From: Nitrospirota bacterium
Lineage (GTDB): Bacteria; Nitrospirota; Nitrospiria; Nitrospirales; NS-4
DNA: 64,000 nt
Reading direction: 5' to 3'
Assembly (NCBI GenBank): GCA_963788195.1
Contig: CAWBGA010000017.1
Span: 512,001-576,000 of the forward strand
A program made the translations under genes and the position numbers. Of the stretch, positions 50,104 to 62,242 are shown in pieces (position 1 is the stretch's first letter; every line of letters begins with the position of its first letter). A model generated the notes under the pieces. The model was not told where the DNA came from. It was given only the letters and a program-made list of their open reading frames with translations, and made no database searches.

Positions 50104-51720
50104 TTAAGGAATATATCTTCCGGGGGCGATAATATTCTGCGGGTCCCAAGCCTGCTTGAGCTGGGCAACAGCTTTCCAGTAGACCGGCGCCTGCTTTCGA
50201 ACTTGCTGCATCACCGCTGGGGACCCCCGATAGGGGACATATCCTTGCGCTAATAAGACGTCGAGCAACTTCTCGCCGCACTGCTCCGCTCGGGTCGTTT
50301 CCTCCTTGCTGTGCTTATCGAAGCAAATACTCATGATCGCGGAGAGCGCACGCTCCGTCGTGCAGGACAGGGTCATCTGGTATTCGAAGCCGAACTGATG
50401 GAAGATGGGCTCAACCAATCTCGTGAACTCCCCCACGGCTTGTCCCGTCATCGGCAGCACAGGGGTGATCCACATGATGCCGGACCCACTGTCGAGAGGA
50501 TCCTCCGTGGCGTCAGGGTCCTGCCGAGCCCGCCAGTGACTTCCTTTTAACGTCCCGTAAGAGGGCCGTCCTGCGAGCAAGTCCATGCCCTGCCGAACCA
50601 GGGCTACATGCCGAGCTAACGAGTGATTAGGAATCAGTAGCCGAACGAACCTGGCAAGCCGGTTCGCCCATCGGAAACGCCTCTCGTCCAAAAAGAAAAG
50701 TCGATCAAGCCCGGGCAGGCGTGATAGTTCCCTCTTGATCCTCCGTCGGGCGGCCGAAGTCTCTTGGCGGCTTCCGGACAGAGTGCCACTGGCCCCCCAC
50801 GAGGGCAACGCGAATTCGCGACATAATCGCTGAAGTAATTCGGGGCGCTGCTTTTCCAAGGCCTGTGTCCCGTCTGCGTCGTTCCAGGGATACCGCGTCA
50901 GACCGGCGAGCATGCGGCGTTCATTGAAACAATGAACGGTGCTTCGCACCGTGCCTTGCAAACGTAGCCGCCGCAGCGCGTCCACCAAGCCACCGATCGC
51001 CTCAGGGGCTTTCAAGGCGACGAAGAAATATTCAATGGACTCTGGTTTGGGCATCAGCCAGATGGTCATCCGGGTGATGATTCCCAGGTTGGATTGGGTG
51101 AGAAGGCCGTCCAGCGAAGGGCCGACACCCCATTTATAAAGATGTTGCGCGCGCGCATTTGGATAGCCGCCAAATCCCGTTGTTATCAGCGAGCCGTCTG
51201 GAAGGACCACCTCATAGTTGCAGCTGCAGGCAAAACGATCGCCGTAGGAACTATGGCCAAAGCCGCGTTCGAGCGTGTTGCCGATCAGGCTGGTGTCCGG
51301 TCCGGCGCCGGTGCAGTCCATCATGAGAGGGGTCTGAGTTTTTTCAAGATACGTGAACAGTTGACCCTGGGTCACGCCGGGCTCTAGTACGGCATACGCC
51401 AACTCAATATTCACTTCCAGGATCCGGTTCATTCTCGAAAGATCGATCAGGAGGCAATCCGGAATAGGGGCGCAGGCATCGCCATATCCCCAATTCTTAC
51501 CGGTACTGATCGGATACACAGGAAGTGTATTGGCAGCTGACAGGCGGACAATCTGTTGGACCTCTTCACGGCTGGTTGGCTGAATCACAGCCACCGGTCT
51601 TGCTCCTTCTTGCGGCAGTGTGGTCCGCGCCCAACGGTCGCGGACGGCCGGCTCCATTGAAAAACGTTCCGGGCCCACAATCCGGACCAGTTCTTCAATC
51701 AGGTGGGGCTTAAGATCCAT
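50104..51720 (-). CDS. FAD-binding oxidoreductase, vanillyl-alcohol oxidase / p-cresol methylhydroxylase flavoprotein family
   Basis: PISTGKNWGYG, DLSRMNRILEV, EPGVTQ, GNTLERGFG, GPSLDGLLTQSNLGII, DPQNIIAPGRY. Confidence 0.85.
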   Translation of the reverse strand: MDLKPHLIEELVRIVGPERFSMEPAVRDRWARTTLPQEGARPVAVIQPTSREEVQQIVRLSAANTLPVYPISTGKNWGYGDACAPIPDCLLIDLSRMNRILEVNIELAYAVLEPGVTQGQLFTYLEKTQTPLMMDCTGAGPDTSLIGNTLERGFGHSSYGDRFACSCNYEVVLPDGSLITTGFGGYPNARAQHLYKWGVGPSLDGLLTQSNLGIITRMTIWLMPKPESIEYFFVALKAPEAIGGLVDALRRLRLQGTVRSTVHCFNERRMLAGLTRYPWNDADGTQALEKQRPELLQRLCREFALPSWGASGTLSGSRQETSAARRRIKRELSRLPGLDRLFFLDERRFRWANRLARFVRLLIPNHSLARHVALVRQGMDLLAGRPSYGTLKGSHWRARQDPDATEDPLDSGSGIMWITPVLPMTGQAVGEFTRLVEPIFHQFGFEYQMTLSCTTERALSAIMSICFDKHSKEETTRAEQCGEKLLDVLLAQGYVPYRGSPAVMQQVRKQAPVYWKAVAQLKQAWDPQNIIAPGRYIP

Positions 51721-51845
51721 TGTGAAGCAAGAATATACTGGCCCTGGTCAATTCATCTAATTCTATTTACTACCTCCTGCCATAGCGTTGTCCTCCTTTC
51801 TATGTTGACTGCATATAATACGCTCGCGGCGCGACCCTTTGACGA

Positions 51846-54800
51846 TCATCCGCGTGCAGCCGTCTGCCGCACACCTCGGGCGCGCATGCGTTCAAATTTT
51901 AGTCGCAAACCGTCGAGATACAGGTATACCACCGGCGTCGTGTAGAGCGTCAGCATCTGGCTCACGATCAGGCCTCCGACGATCGCAATGCCCAACGGCC
52001 GGCGAAGCTCTGATCCGATTCCTGTGCCGACCGCCAGCGGCAAGGCGCCCAGCAGGGCCGCCATGGTCGTCATCATGATCGGCCGGAATCGAAGTACGCA
52101 GGCCTCGTAGATCGCATCGGCCGAGTTCATTCCCATTGTGCGTTCAGCCTCGAGCGCAAAATCGATCATCATGATGGCGTTTTTCTTCACAATGCCGATC
52201 AGTAATAAAATGCCGATCAGCGCGATGATGCTCAGCTCTATGTGAAAGAGCATGAGCGCGAGAATTGCGCCTACCCCGGCCGAAGGCAATGTGGACAGGA
52301 TGGTGATGGGGTGGATATAGCTCTCGTACAGGATGCCGAGCACTATGTACACCGTCACCAGCGCCGCCAGAATCAGGAGCGGTTGATTAGCCAGCGAGGC
52401 TTGAAACGCCTGCGCCGTCCCCTGCAAGCTGCCGCGGATGCTGGCGGGCAAGCCGATCTGTTGGGTGGCCGTTTCAATCGCCTTCACCGCCTCGCCGAGC
52501 GCAAACCCGGGCACTAAGTTGAACGAGATTGTCACGGCTGGAAACTGCCCCTGATGGTTCACCGATAGCGCGGTCGCAGTTTGTTCGTAATGCGCAAAGG
52601 TGCTCAGCGGCACCTGCGTCCCATTGGGAGAACGCACATATATGTCCTGCAATGCGTCCAAGCGTTGCCTAAACCGTGGCTCGACTTCCATCACGACGTG
52701 ATACTGGTTTAAAGACGTGTAGGTGATCGAGACCTGTCGTTGGCCGAACGCGTCATAGAGCGTGTCGTCAATGAGCTGCGGGCTGATGCCTAACCGGGAG
52801 GCCGTGGTGCGGTCAATCGTGAGCGAGGACTGAAGGCCTCTGTCTTGTTGATCGCTGCTGAGGTCGGCCAGTTGCGGTAACGTCCGGAGCTTCTGCTCCA
52901 CGCGCGGCGACCAGGTATTGAGTTCCGTCAAGTCGTCTCCTTGAAGCGTGTATTCATATTGCGCATTGCTCCGCCTGCCGCCAATACGAACATCCTGGGC
53001 CGCCTGGAGAAATGTCGGCGCGCCCGGCACTTTGGCGAGTTTTCCGCGCAGTCTTGCAATCACCTCATCCGCGCTCAGCTTCCGTTCCTCGAGCGGCTTC
53101 AGCCCGATGAACATGCGCCCCGTATTGGTGGTGGTTCCCCCTCCGCCTCCGCCGCTAAAGCCCGTGACGGTTTCCACGGCAGGATCCTGCCTGATGATCT
53201 CCATCACCTCGGTCAGCTTCTGGCGCATCGCCTGAAAAGAGGTATCCTGCGCTCCCTGAATCGCGCCCATCAGACGTCCGGTATCTTGCTGGGGGAAGAA
53301 GCCTTTCGGGACAATGATAAACAGATAGATATTGAGTGCCACAGTGCAAAGTGTCAGGGTCAGCATGAAGCGTGGATGTCCCAAGGCCCAGGACAACGTC
53401 GTCTTGTAGCGGGACAACATCCCATTAAAGAACCGCTCACTCCACCTATAAAACAGCCCGTGGCCGCTTGCTTTCTCCGGCTTCAAAAAAATCGCGCACA
53501 TCATCGGCGTCGTGGTCAACGACAGGACAAGTGAAAGAACGATGGCGACCGACAACGTGACCGCGAACTCGCGGAACAGGCGCCCGACAATCCCACCCAT
53601 CAACAGGATCGGAATGAACACCGCCACCAGCGAGAGGCTCATCGAGACGACCGTAAAGGCGATCTCCTTCGCCCCGCGCAAAGCGGCCTCCATCGCAGGG
53701 ACCCCCTTTTCACCGTACCGCCTGATGTTCTCGAGCACGACGATGGCGTCATCCACAACAAAGCCAGTCGCGATGGTCAGCGCCATGAGCGACAGGTTGT
53801 CGAGGCTGTACCCACACAAATACATGACCCCGAACGTCCCGATGAGGGAGACTGGTACCGCCACACTGGGGATGATCGTGGCCCGAACATTTCGCAGAAA
53901 GGCGAACACCACGAGAATCACCAGCGTGACTGAAACGAGGAGCGTCAGCTCGACGTGATGCAGGGATGCGCGAATCGTGGGGGTCCGATCCAGTGTGATC
54001 GACAGCGTGATCGCCGCGGGAATAGATGCTTCCAACTGCGGAAGCACCTCGCGGATACGATCGACGGTCTCGATGATATTCGCCCCCGGCTGGCGGAAGA
54101 TGATCACGAGGACCGCTGGTTTCCCATTGGCCATTCCCGTGGAGCGCAGATCTTCGACGGAGTCTTCGACCTTGGCGACATCCGACAGCCGCACCGCCGC
54201 GCCTTCCCTGTATGAAACGATCAGTGGGACGTAGTCATCAGCCTTGTGGAGCTGGTCATTTGTTTGGATCTCCCACGTTCTGGCCCATCGGCGACCTGGC
54301 CTTTCGGGCGGTTCACATTGGTGCTGCTCAGGACCCGCCGCACGTCTCCGAGTCCGATTCCGTACTTGTTCAACGCCATCGGGTTCAGCTCCACGCGGAC
54401 CGCCGGCAGGGAGCCGCCGCCCACGATCACCTGCCCAACACCCTCAATTTGCGAGAGCTTCTGCTGAAGAATGCTGGAGGCGGCGTCATACATCTGACCG
54501 CGGCTCTTGGTATCGGAAGTCAGCGCTAGAATGAATATGGGTGCGTCGGCCGGATTGACCTTGCGATAGGTCGGGTTGTTCGGGAGCGCGATGGGCAGGT
54601 AGCTTCGCGCCGCATTGATCGCCGCTTGCACGTCCCGGGCGGCGCCATTAATATCTCGATCTAAATCAAACTGCAGGACGATGCTGGTGGAACCTAAGTA
54701 GCTCGTGGAGCTCATTTCGGTCACGCCTGCAATGCGCCCAAACTGGCGTTCAAGGGGGGCCGCTACGGACGTCGCCATGGTTTCCGGGCTGGCGCCCGGC

Positions 54801-54952
54801 AGGTTGGCCGAGACCGAGATCGTGGGAAAATCCACCTGCGGCAAGGCTGCGACAGGAAGTAAACGAAAGGCGACTGCCCCCACCAGCGCCACTGCAATCG
54901 TCAGAAGAGCAGTGCCGACCGGCCGACGTATGAACGGCGCTGAGATATTCAC
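51846..54952 (-). CDS. mdtC: RND efflux permease MdtC-like, apparent frameshift near 54280
   Basis: [56 protein letters not shown]. Confidence 0.9.
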
Positions 54953-54959
54953 TAACTCT

Positions 54960-57900
54960 TCACCGCGGGACCTCGGTGGGTGGTAACGCTGCCTGTCCCC
55001 ATACCGCGGCTCTGCGCTCAGCTACACGCTTTGCCAATCGATCGAATGCAAGATAGACCACCGGCGTCGTATACAGGGTCAACATCTGGCTCAGGATCAA
55101 TCCCCCGACAATGGCGATGCCGAGAGGCCGGCGCAGCTCCGACCCAACTCCCGTGCTCAGCGCGAGAGGCAGCGCGCCGAGCAACGCAGCCATCGTCGTC
55201 ATCATGATGGGCCGGAATCGGAGCAAACAGGCTTCATAGATCGCGTCCACGGGACGCTTGCCCTCCTTGCGCTCGGCCTCGAGCGCGAAATCGATCATCA
55301 TGATGGCGTTTTTCTTGACGATCCCGATCAGCAGAATAATACCGATCAGCCCAATGACGTTGAGCTCCATCCGTGACATCAGAAGCGCGAGGAGCGCCCC
55401 TACGCCGGCGGAGGGCAGCGTGGACAGAATCGTCAGAGGATGAATGTAACTCTCGTAGAGGACGCCGAGCACAATATAGACCGTCAATAGGGCCGCCAGG
55501 ATCAGCAGCGGCTGATTGCCGAGCGAAGCCTGGAAGGCTTGCGCGCTGCCCTGAAAGCTGCCCCGAATGCTGGCCGGCATGTTCTGCTGTTGCGCGGCCG
55601 CTTCGACGGCGCGTACAGCTTCTCCGAGGGATGTCCCCGGCGCTAAGTTAAATGAGATTGTCACAGCGGGAAATTGCCCCTGGTGGCTGATCACGAGGGG
55701 GGCCGTCGTCTCCACGACCTCCGTGAACGCGCTCAAGGGAACTTGCCCGCCATTTGAGGCGCGGACATAGAGGGCCTGCAATGCTTGAGGACCCTGCTGA
55801 AAGTCGGGTTTCACCTCCAGGACGACGCGATACTGGTTCAGTTGAGTGAAAATCGTGGATACGATCCGTTGGCCGAATGCATCGTAAAGGGTGTCATCGA
55901 CCATCTGTGGCGTGATCCCCAGTCGTGACGCGGTACTGCGATCGATCCGCAGGAAGGACTGCAGGCCTTGATCTTGTTGATCGCTGCCCACGTCGCGCAG
56001 TTCCGGCAGCTTTTTCAGACTCTCCACAAACTTTGGGGCCCACGCATTGAGCTCCTTGGGGTCCGGATCTTCGAGGCTGTACTGAAACTGGGTGCGGCTT
56101 ACGCGGTCTTCCACGGTGAGATCCTGCACAGGCTGTAGATAGAGCAGGATCCCTTCGACTTTTCCCAACTCGAGTTGCAGGCGGTGGATAATCTGGCCGG
56201 CACTGATTTTACGTTCCGCCAGCGACTTCAAGTTAATGAGAAAACGGCCGCTGTTCAAGGTGGTGTTGGTGCCATCCACTCCGATGAAGGATGAGACGCT
56301 TTCGACCGCCGGATCGTTCAGGATCACCTTCGCGAGGGCCTGCTGCTGGGTCGCCATGGCGGCAAACGAAATCGATTGCGGCGCTTCTGAGATCCCCAAG
56401 ATGACCCCGGTATCCTGAACCGGGAAGAAGCCTTTGGGGATAATGATGTAAAGCACCACCGTCAGGATCAACGTCGCTATTGCCACCACCAGCGTCGCGG
56501 TCTGATGGCCGAGCACCCACCGCAGAGTCGTGCCATAGGCCTCAATTGTTCGATCAAAGGCACGCTGCGAGACGCGGTAGAAACTTCCTTGTTGCTTCTC
56601 GGGGATATGCCGAAGCAGTCTCGCGCTCATCATCGGAGTCAACGTCAAGGACACTGCCGCCGAGATGAGAATGGTCACGCCGAGCGTAATGGCGAATTCC
56701 CTGAACAACCGTCCTACCACGTCCCCCATAAATAGCAGCGGAATCAGCACGGCGATCAGCGAGATGGTCAAGGACAGGATCGTAAAAGCAATCTGCTTGG
56801 AACCTTTGAGCGCGGCCTCCAAGGGGGAGTCGCCCGCTTCAATGTACCGGGAAATGTTTTCGATCATCACGATCGCATCGTCGACCACAAAGCCGGTCGA
56901 AATGGTCAGAGCCATGAGGGTCAGATTGTTGAGGCTGAAGCCGAGCAGATACATGGCGCCGAAGGCGCCGACCAGAGACAACGGGACCGCGGCGGCGGGG
57001 ATGACCGTAGCGGACAGCGTACGAAGAAACAAAAAAATCACCATGACCACCAGGGCGACTGCCAGCATCAACTCAAACTGCACGTCTTTCACAGACCCGC
57101 GAATCGTCGTCGTGCGATCGGTCAGCACGGAGACTTCGACAGATGACGGCAACGCACTCTGGAGTTGCGGAAGCAACTTCTTGATGCGATCAGCGACTTC
57201 AATGACATTGGCTCCGGGCTGACGCTGGATATTGACGATCACTGCGGGCCTGTCGTTCATCCAGGCCGCCTGCTTTACATTCTCGGCCCCATCAATGACA
57301 TCGGCGACGTCGGACAACCGGACGGGCGCCCCATTCCGGTACGTCACAACCAAGGGGCGGTAGTCGCCGCTAGCGAGCAACTGATCGTTCGCTCCGATGA
57401 TCGAGGCCCGTCGCGGCCCATCGAAGCCCCCTTTGGCCTGATTGACATTCGCCGCGGCGATAACCACCCGCAGATCCTCAAGTGTGAGATCATACGCGGC
57501 CAAGGCCATTGGGTTGGCCTGGATGCGGACAGCCGGCCTCTGCCCGCCGCTGATGCTGACCAGCCCCACCCCGGAGAGTTGGGAAATCTTTTGCGCGAAG
57601 CGGGTATCGGCCAGGTCTTCAACTTGCGGCAGGGGAAGCGTGTCGGACGTCAATGCCAATGTCAGGATCGGCGCATCGGCCGGATTGACCTTGCTGTAGA
57701 CGGGAGGATTCGGCAGATCGCGCGGCAAGAAAGTGGCGCCGGCGTTGATCGCCGCCTGAACCTGTTGTTCTGCCACATCGAGACTGAGTTCCAGAGTGAA
57801 CTGCAGGGTGATGACGGAACTTCCGCCGGAACTCGTCGACGTCATCTGTTTTAAACCCGGCATCTGCCCGAACTGACGTTCCAGCGGGGCCGTCACAGAG

Positions 57901-58082
57901 GACGCCATAACTTCTGGACTCGCTCCCGGGTAAAAGGTGAGGACCTGGATCGTGGGGTAATCGACTTGCGGGAGCGCGGAGACCGGCAACTGGCGGTACG
58001 CGACAGCCCCGGCGAGCAGAATAGCCGCCATCAAGAGAACAGTCGCCACCGGCCGCAAAATAAAAATACGCGATGGATTCAC
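54960..58082 (-). CDS. mdtB: RND efflux permease MdtB-like
   Basis: [50 protein letters not shown]. Confidence 0.93.
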   Translation of the reverse strand: MNPSRIFILRPVATVLLMAAILLAGAVAYRQLPVSALPQVDYPTIQVLTFYPGASPEVMASSVTAPLERQFGQMPGLKQMTSTSSGGSSVITLQFTLELSLDVAEQQVQAAINAGATFLPRDLPNPPVYSKVNPADAPILTLALTSDTLPLPQVEDLADTRFAQKISQLSGVGLVSISGGQRPAVRIQANPMALAAYDLTLEDLRVVIAAANVNQAKGGFDGPRRASIIGANDQLLASGDYRPLVVTYRNGAPVRLSDVADVIDGAENVKQAAWMNDRPAVIVNIQRQPGANVIEVADRIKKLLPQLQSALPSSVEVSVLTDRTTTIRGSVKDVQFELMLAVALVVMVIFLFLRTLSATVIPAAAVPLSLVGAFGAMYLLGFSLNNLTLMALTISTGFVVDDAIVMIENISRYIEAGDSPLEAALKGSKQIAFTILSLTISLIAVLIPLLFMGDVVGRLFREFAITLGVTILISAAVSLTLTPMMSARLLRHIPEKQQGSFYRVSQRAFDRTIEAYGTTLRWVLGHQTATLVVAIATLILTVVLYIIIPKGFFPVQDTGVILGISEAPQSISFAAMATQQQALAKVILNDPAVESVSSFIGVDGTNTTLNSGRFLINLKSLAERKISAGQIIHRLQLELGKVEGILLYLQPVQDLTVEDRVSRTQFQYSLEDPDPKELNAWAPKFVESLKKLPELRDVGSDQQDQGLQSFLRIDRSTASRLGITPQMVDDTLYDAFGQRIVSTIFTQLNQYRVVLEVKPDFQQGPQALQALYVRASNGGQVPLSAFTEVVETTAPLVISHQGQFPAVTISFNLAPGTSLGEAVRAVEAAAQQQNMPASIRGSFQGSAQAFQASLGNQPLLILAALLTVYIVLGVLYESYIHPLTILSTLPSAGVGALLALLMSRMELNVIGLIGIILLIGIVKKNAIMMIDFALEAERKEGKRPVDAIYEACLLRFRPIMMTTMAALLGALPLALSTGVGSELRRPLGIAIVGGLILSQMLTLYTTPVVYLAFDRLAKRVAERRAAVWGQAALPPTEVPR

Positions 58083-59296
58083 AATCGAGTCGCTTTCGGC
58101 GTCTGGTCGCTGGGACTGCGAATCTCGACCTTGCTGCCCTCCCGCAGCTTCTCCGTGCCATCCACGACGACGCGCTCATCCGCAGACAGGCCCTTGTCGA
58201 TAGACGCTTGTTCGCCCTGCATGACCCCAACAGTCACGGGACGCACGCCGACCGATAGGTCGGCGTTCACCACATAGACAAAGGTTCCCTGCGAACCTCG
58301 TTGAATCGCTGCGGTTGGAATCAGCGTGGCACCGCGTTTGACGTCCAGGAGCAGGCGGGCATTGACGAACTGGTTGGGGAAGAGTTCATTGTTCTCGTTG
58401 GGAAAGATCGCCTTGAGGCGCACAGTGCCCGTATTTGAATCGATCTGGTTATCGACCGTGAGCAATGACCCGGTAGCGAGCTGTTTCTTTTGCTCGCGAT
58501 CAAATACGTCGACCGGCAGGCGCTCTCCGCTTTTGAGCTTTTCGAGCACCGGAGGCAGACTATCCTCCGCGATCGAGAAGACAACGGTAATAGGCTGAAG
58601 CTGCGTGATCACCAGCAGTCCATTGGCATCATTCGCATGCACGATGTTGCCGGCATCGACCAGGCGCAAGCCGATCCGCCCGGTGATCGGCGCCGTCACC
58701 CGGGAGTAAGTCAGCTGCAGCTTGGCATTGTCGATCAGGCCCTGATCGGTTTCGAGGACGCCCTCATATTGACGCACCAGTGACTCCTGGGTATCCAGTT
58801 GCTGCTTCGCGATCATTTCCTGTTTGTACAGATCCTTGTAGCGCTCGAGGTCAATCCGGGCATTCTTCATCTGAGCCTGATCACGCGCCATTTGCCCCTG
58901 GACCTGGGTCAATTGCACCTGGAATGGCCGCGGGTCGATTTCCGCCAGGACCTCCCCTTTCTGGACGATCTGACCTTCGCGAAACAGGACCTTCATCAGT
59001 TGCCCGTCCACGCGGCTCTTCACTGTCACCGTGTTGAGCGGCGTCACCGACCCGAGCCCCATGAGATAAATCTCGATGTCACCCGTCTTCGCGCCCACCG
59101 CCACCACAGGCACGGCGCGGGCGGTGGATGCGGGTGCCTGCTTGGCCGTGCGCTGCTGCGCCTCCCCTGCCTTCGTGAACAGGACATAGGCGCCGATCGC
59201 AAGGAGACAGACCGCCAGCAGCGCCATCCCGCCGCGCTTCAGCAGTACGGCAAAACGCCTGGACTCATGCATGTTTTCTTTCTTAGCCTCAGTCAT
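58079..59296 (-). CDS. mdtA: RND efflux periplasmic adaptor MdtA-like
   Basis: TM anchor, [59 protein letters not shown]. Confidence 0.93.
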   Translation of the reverse strand: MTEAKKENMHESRRFAVLLKRGGMALLAVCLLAIGAYVLFTKAGEAQQRTAKQAPASTARAVPVVAVGAKTGDIEIYLMGLGSVTPLNTVTVKSRVDGQLMKVLFREGQIVQKGEVLAEIDPRPFQVQLTQVQGQMARDQAQMKNARIDLERYKDLYKQEMIAKQQLDTQESLVRQYEGVLETDQGLIDNAKLQLTYSRVTAPITGRIGLRLVDAGNIVHANDANGLLVITQLQPITVVFSIAEDSLPPVLEKLKSGERLPVDVFDREQKKQLATGSLLTVDNQIDSNTGTVRLKAIFPNENNELFPNQFVNARLLLDVKRGATLIPTAAIQRGSQGTFVYVVNADLSVGVRPVTVGVMQGEQASIDKGLSADERVVVDGTEKLREGSKVEIRSPSDQTPKATRL

Positions 59297-59444
59297 AAAA
59301 CCAGGTTACAATCCACGATCGAAAATATCGGCAAGGCCGGAGCGTACCTCGTCATGAGTATAAGTCGGAGCAAGGGGCGGTGAGGTTACAGAAGCCATGT
59401 AACCTTCTGCGATATTCTTCCGACTTAAGCTTTGGGGACGTTTT

Positions 59445-60053
59445 TTGAGTGAGGCGGACCCCCGAGGGACTGAGGGACCTCCGGATGAAGAAATTATCCC
59501 TCGAATCCTGGCCGGAGAGGTAGATCTCTTTGAGGAGCTGATTAAACGCTACAAACGACACGTCAGTCGCATCGTGGCGGGCCATGTTCGACGCGACATG
59601 GTCGAGGAAGTGGCGCATGAAGCATTTGTCCGGGCCTATACTTCTTTGTCCACCTATTCGTTTCGGGTGCCGTTCGAGCATTGGTTGGCGCGGATCGCGC
59701 TGCGGAGTTGTTACGATGCGTGGCGAACGGCGGCGTCCCGCAAGGAAGTATCCTTGGGCGGGTTCGAGGATGAACATCAACAGTCGGCTGAGCGACTCCT
59801 GGCGGCGGAATCTGAGGAGCGTTTTGACCAACTCGTACGACAACGGGAGACAGCGGAGCTGTTACAGACAGCGTTGGCGCAGCTCTCACCTGAAAATCGC
59901 ATGGTCGTCACCCTTGTTCATCTCGAGGGTTGCTCCGTGCGCGAGGCCGCGGAGCGCCTGGGTTGGAGCATGATCAACGTGAAGGTCCGAGCGCACCGGG
60001 CTCGTCGACAGCTCCGCAACGTGTTGGAGAAACTATTGGGGGAGACGGCATGA
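59445..60053 (+). CDS. ECF sigma-70 factor
   Basis: FEELIKRY, EEVAHEAFVRAY, FEHWLARIA, region 4 NVKVRAHRARRQL. Confidence 0.92.
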   Translation: MSEADPRGTEGPPDEEIIPRILAGEVDLFEELIKRYKRHVSRIVAGHVRRDMVEEVAHEAFVRAYTSLSTYSFRVPFEHWLARIALRSCYDAWRTAASRKEVSLGGFEDEHQQSAERLLAAESEERFDQLVRQRETAELLQTALAQLSPENRMVVTLVHLEGCSVREAAERLGWSMINVKVRAHRARRQLRNVLEKLLGETA

Positions 60054-60352
60054 CACCATCCGAGGAACGTATTGAGCGGCTCGAGCGGGCACTGGGGCGG
60101 GCGCATCAGCTACAGGACCCACCGGAGTTTTCACCGAACTGGTCCTACTCGGTCATGCGCGACGTTCGCCGGCAAGCACGCGCGGCGCGCGCGACGGCCG
60201 AGCTTCCCGGGCTTGTCTGGCGCGCCGCGACGGTCGTTGTTTTCGTCTCGGTGGTGGTTGTTGGATCCGTGATGGCCTGGAACGTTGAGGAGCTCGATCA
60301 GCCCTTCGCGAGTTTCTTTAGCGAGACGACCGTGGACCCGATCCTGCTATGA
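60050..60352 (+). CDS. putative single-TM anti-sigma factor
   Basis: ATGA overlap with the sigma gene; short cytoplasmic part plus one TM helix. Confidence 0.6.
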   Translation: MTPSEERIERLERALGRAHQLQDPPEFSPNWSYSVMRDVRRQARAARATAELPGLVWRAATVVVFVSVVVVGSVMAWNVEELDQPFASFFSETTVDPILL

Positions 60353-60359
60353 GACGCTC

Positions 60360-60854
60360 ATGAGCGACGCCCAGAATAACATACCCGCCAAACGCTGGCG
60401 CATATGGAGCGGGATCGCGGTCGTGTTTGTGTGCGGCCTGCTTGTCGGCAATGTCGTGACTACTGCGTATGATGATTACAAGCAACAGCTGAAGTGGCAG
60501 CAGGGCCTGTCCGGGCTCAAGCCCCGGGTAATGAAGCATCTCACCCGCGAACTTCATTTGTCTCCTGAACAGCAGCAGGCGATTGAGCCCATCCTTTCCC
60601 AAGCGGAGAGAGAACTACTCCGGCTGCGCATAGCGCAACAGCCTCAGGTTGAGACGACCGTGACTCGGACGATGGAGACCCTGAAAGTGAAGCTGCACCC
60701 CGAGCAGCAACGAAAGCTGGAAGAGCTCAATAACCAGCTACACCAACGATGGGACTTGGATCGCCGGTATGTCGGTAGCCTGCCACCCGGAGGACACCAT
60801 GATCTTTATGTCTTCTTTGAGGGGTATTCCTTTGGACGGCCAGGGGAAAAGTGA
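60360..60854 (+). CDS. membrane-anchored helical periplasmic protein (Spy/CpxP/ZraP-like)
   Basis: IAVVFVCGLLVG anchor; LTRELHLSPEQQ and LHPEQQRKL (LTxxQ-like motifs). Confidence 0.65.
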   Translation: MSDAQNNIPAKRWRIWSGIAVVFVCGLLVGNVVTTAYDDYKQQLKWQQGLSGLKPRVMKHLTRELHLSPEQQQAIEPILSQAERELLRLRIAQQPQVETTVTRTMETLKVKLHPEQQRKLEELNNQLHQRWDLDRRYVGSLPPGGHHDLYVFFEGYSFGRPGEK

Positions 60855-60896
60855 ATACTCACGATCGGAGTAAGGTAACATAGAGGAGATAAGGCG

Positions 60897-62160
60897 ATGA
60901 AACTCCCAGCCATCCGCTTTATGTTTCTACTTTACTGCGCGGCAGACTTGCTCCCCGTCTATGCTGAGGATGCCGGTGTGACTCAGGAGGAGACTTCTCA
61001 GATTCACAGCTCGGCGACGTTTGCAGAGATTTCCGCCAACCCGGAGGCGTATCAAGGTCAAGAGATCGTGGTAGGCGGCAAGGTCATCGCTGCGCGCCAA
61101 TACTACGATACGACTCAAATCGAGGTCATGCAATTGCCCCTTGGCGAAGGACAGGAACCTCAGACGAATGAGGCGTTGACTCAGGGCCGATTTTTGGCAT
61201 TTCAGAAAGCCGGCCTCAATCCTGTCGGGATACCGCCGGGCACGCGAGTCACCGTTGTAGGCGAAGTCGCGGGCTCTGCAGTTCCGGATCCCAGTCAGGC
61301 AGCCGTTGCGTATCCTGTCCTCGAGGTAAAGACCTTGACTGTGTGGCGGGCGGCTGGGGCGGCGCCACCGCAGTCAGCACAGGCCGAGGTGCCTCCTGCG
61401 GAAGACGCCCCGGTATCCCTATCCCGAACCGCCGGTTGTCATTGACCGCTACTACTACACGCCATACTGGGATCCCGTGATCAGCGTGTGGTCCTGGCGG
61501 CCGTTTTGGGTATACCCCTGGTGGGCCAGGCCCGCAATCGTCGTACCGCCGCGGGCTTTCATCCATCCCCATCGGCGCCATTCCATTCCCTTTGGTCCAC
61601 CGCCGAGAAGACTCGGACCGTTGCCCCCGCAATTTGTCCCGCGAAACGGCCCCGTCTTCCCGGGCCCACGGCATTCAGGTCCGCGCTTACCATGGCGCAG
61701 TGAGCCGAATAGAATTGCTCCGCCGCAAGCTATCCCGCCGCAGTTTAATCGGGGGCTGCCGGACGTTTTGCAAGCTACCCCACCGCAACCTATGCCACCG
61801 CGTTTTAATCGCCGGCAGCCTGACGCTCCGCGAAGTGTGCTTCCGCAAGCTATTCCACCGCAGTTTAATCGGCGGCTGCCGGACGTTTCGCAAGCTATCC
61901 CACAGCAAGCTGTCCCGCCGCGGTTTAATCGTGGGCAGGCTGACGGTCCGCGAGGTATGCCTCCCCAGTTTGGCCGCCGGGCACCAGACGGTTCACAAGC
62001 TGTCCCACCCCGATTTAATCGTGGGCAGGCTGACGGCCCGCGCAGTGTGCCTCCGCAGTTTGGCCGTCGGGGATCTGACGGTCCACGCGGTGATTTTAGA
62101 GGGAGCACACACAACGGCAATGGCCCGGGTCGGCCGGGACGCGGACCGCGATCAGGCTAA
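60897..62160 (+). CDS. Slp-family outer-membrane-type protein with Pro/Arg-rich repeat tail, apparent frameshift near 61413
   Basis: AGGAG RBS; NPEAYQGQEIVVGGKVI, TQIEVMQLPL, GRFLA, VTVVGEV, YPVLE..LTVW; dropping one base joins it to YPYPEPP..YWDP and ORF 61477..62160. Confidence 0.7.
61720..62090 (+). repeat. coding tandem repeat, 45-60 bp units (PP[QR]F[NG]R)
   Basis: TTTAATCG at ~61744, 61804, 61864, 61924, 62014 and TTTGGCCG at ~61969, 62059; all spacings are multiples of 3. Confidence 0.85.
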
Positions 62161-62210
62161 CAATATCCTGCCAGACCCAAACCAATATTGATTCTCGCCA
62201 GTAAACAAAA

Positions 62211-62219
62211 TGCTATAAT
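62211..62219 (+). promoter_or_regulatory. extended -10 element upstream of mlaE
   Basis: TGCTATAAT in an AT-rich intergenic stretch. Confidence 0.55.
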
Positions 62220-62242
62220 CGCTCCCCAATCGTGAGGCGCAC

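Noticed and set aside
849..54952. Programmed ribosomal frameshifting as the cause of the split genes
   Set aside because: No shared slippery sequence, and it would have to affect many unrelated housekeeping genes; sequencing error is simpler
61455..62191. Cys/Gly-rich antisense ORF and Arg/Leu-rich alternative-frame ORF over the tandem repeat
   Set aside because: Open only because the repeat units are multiples of three; the Pro-rich frame joins the upstream Slp-like gene
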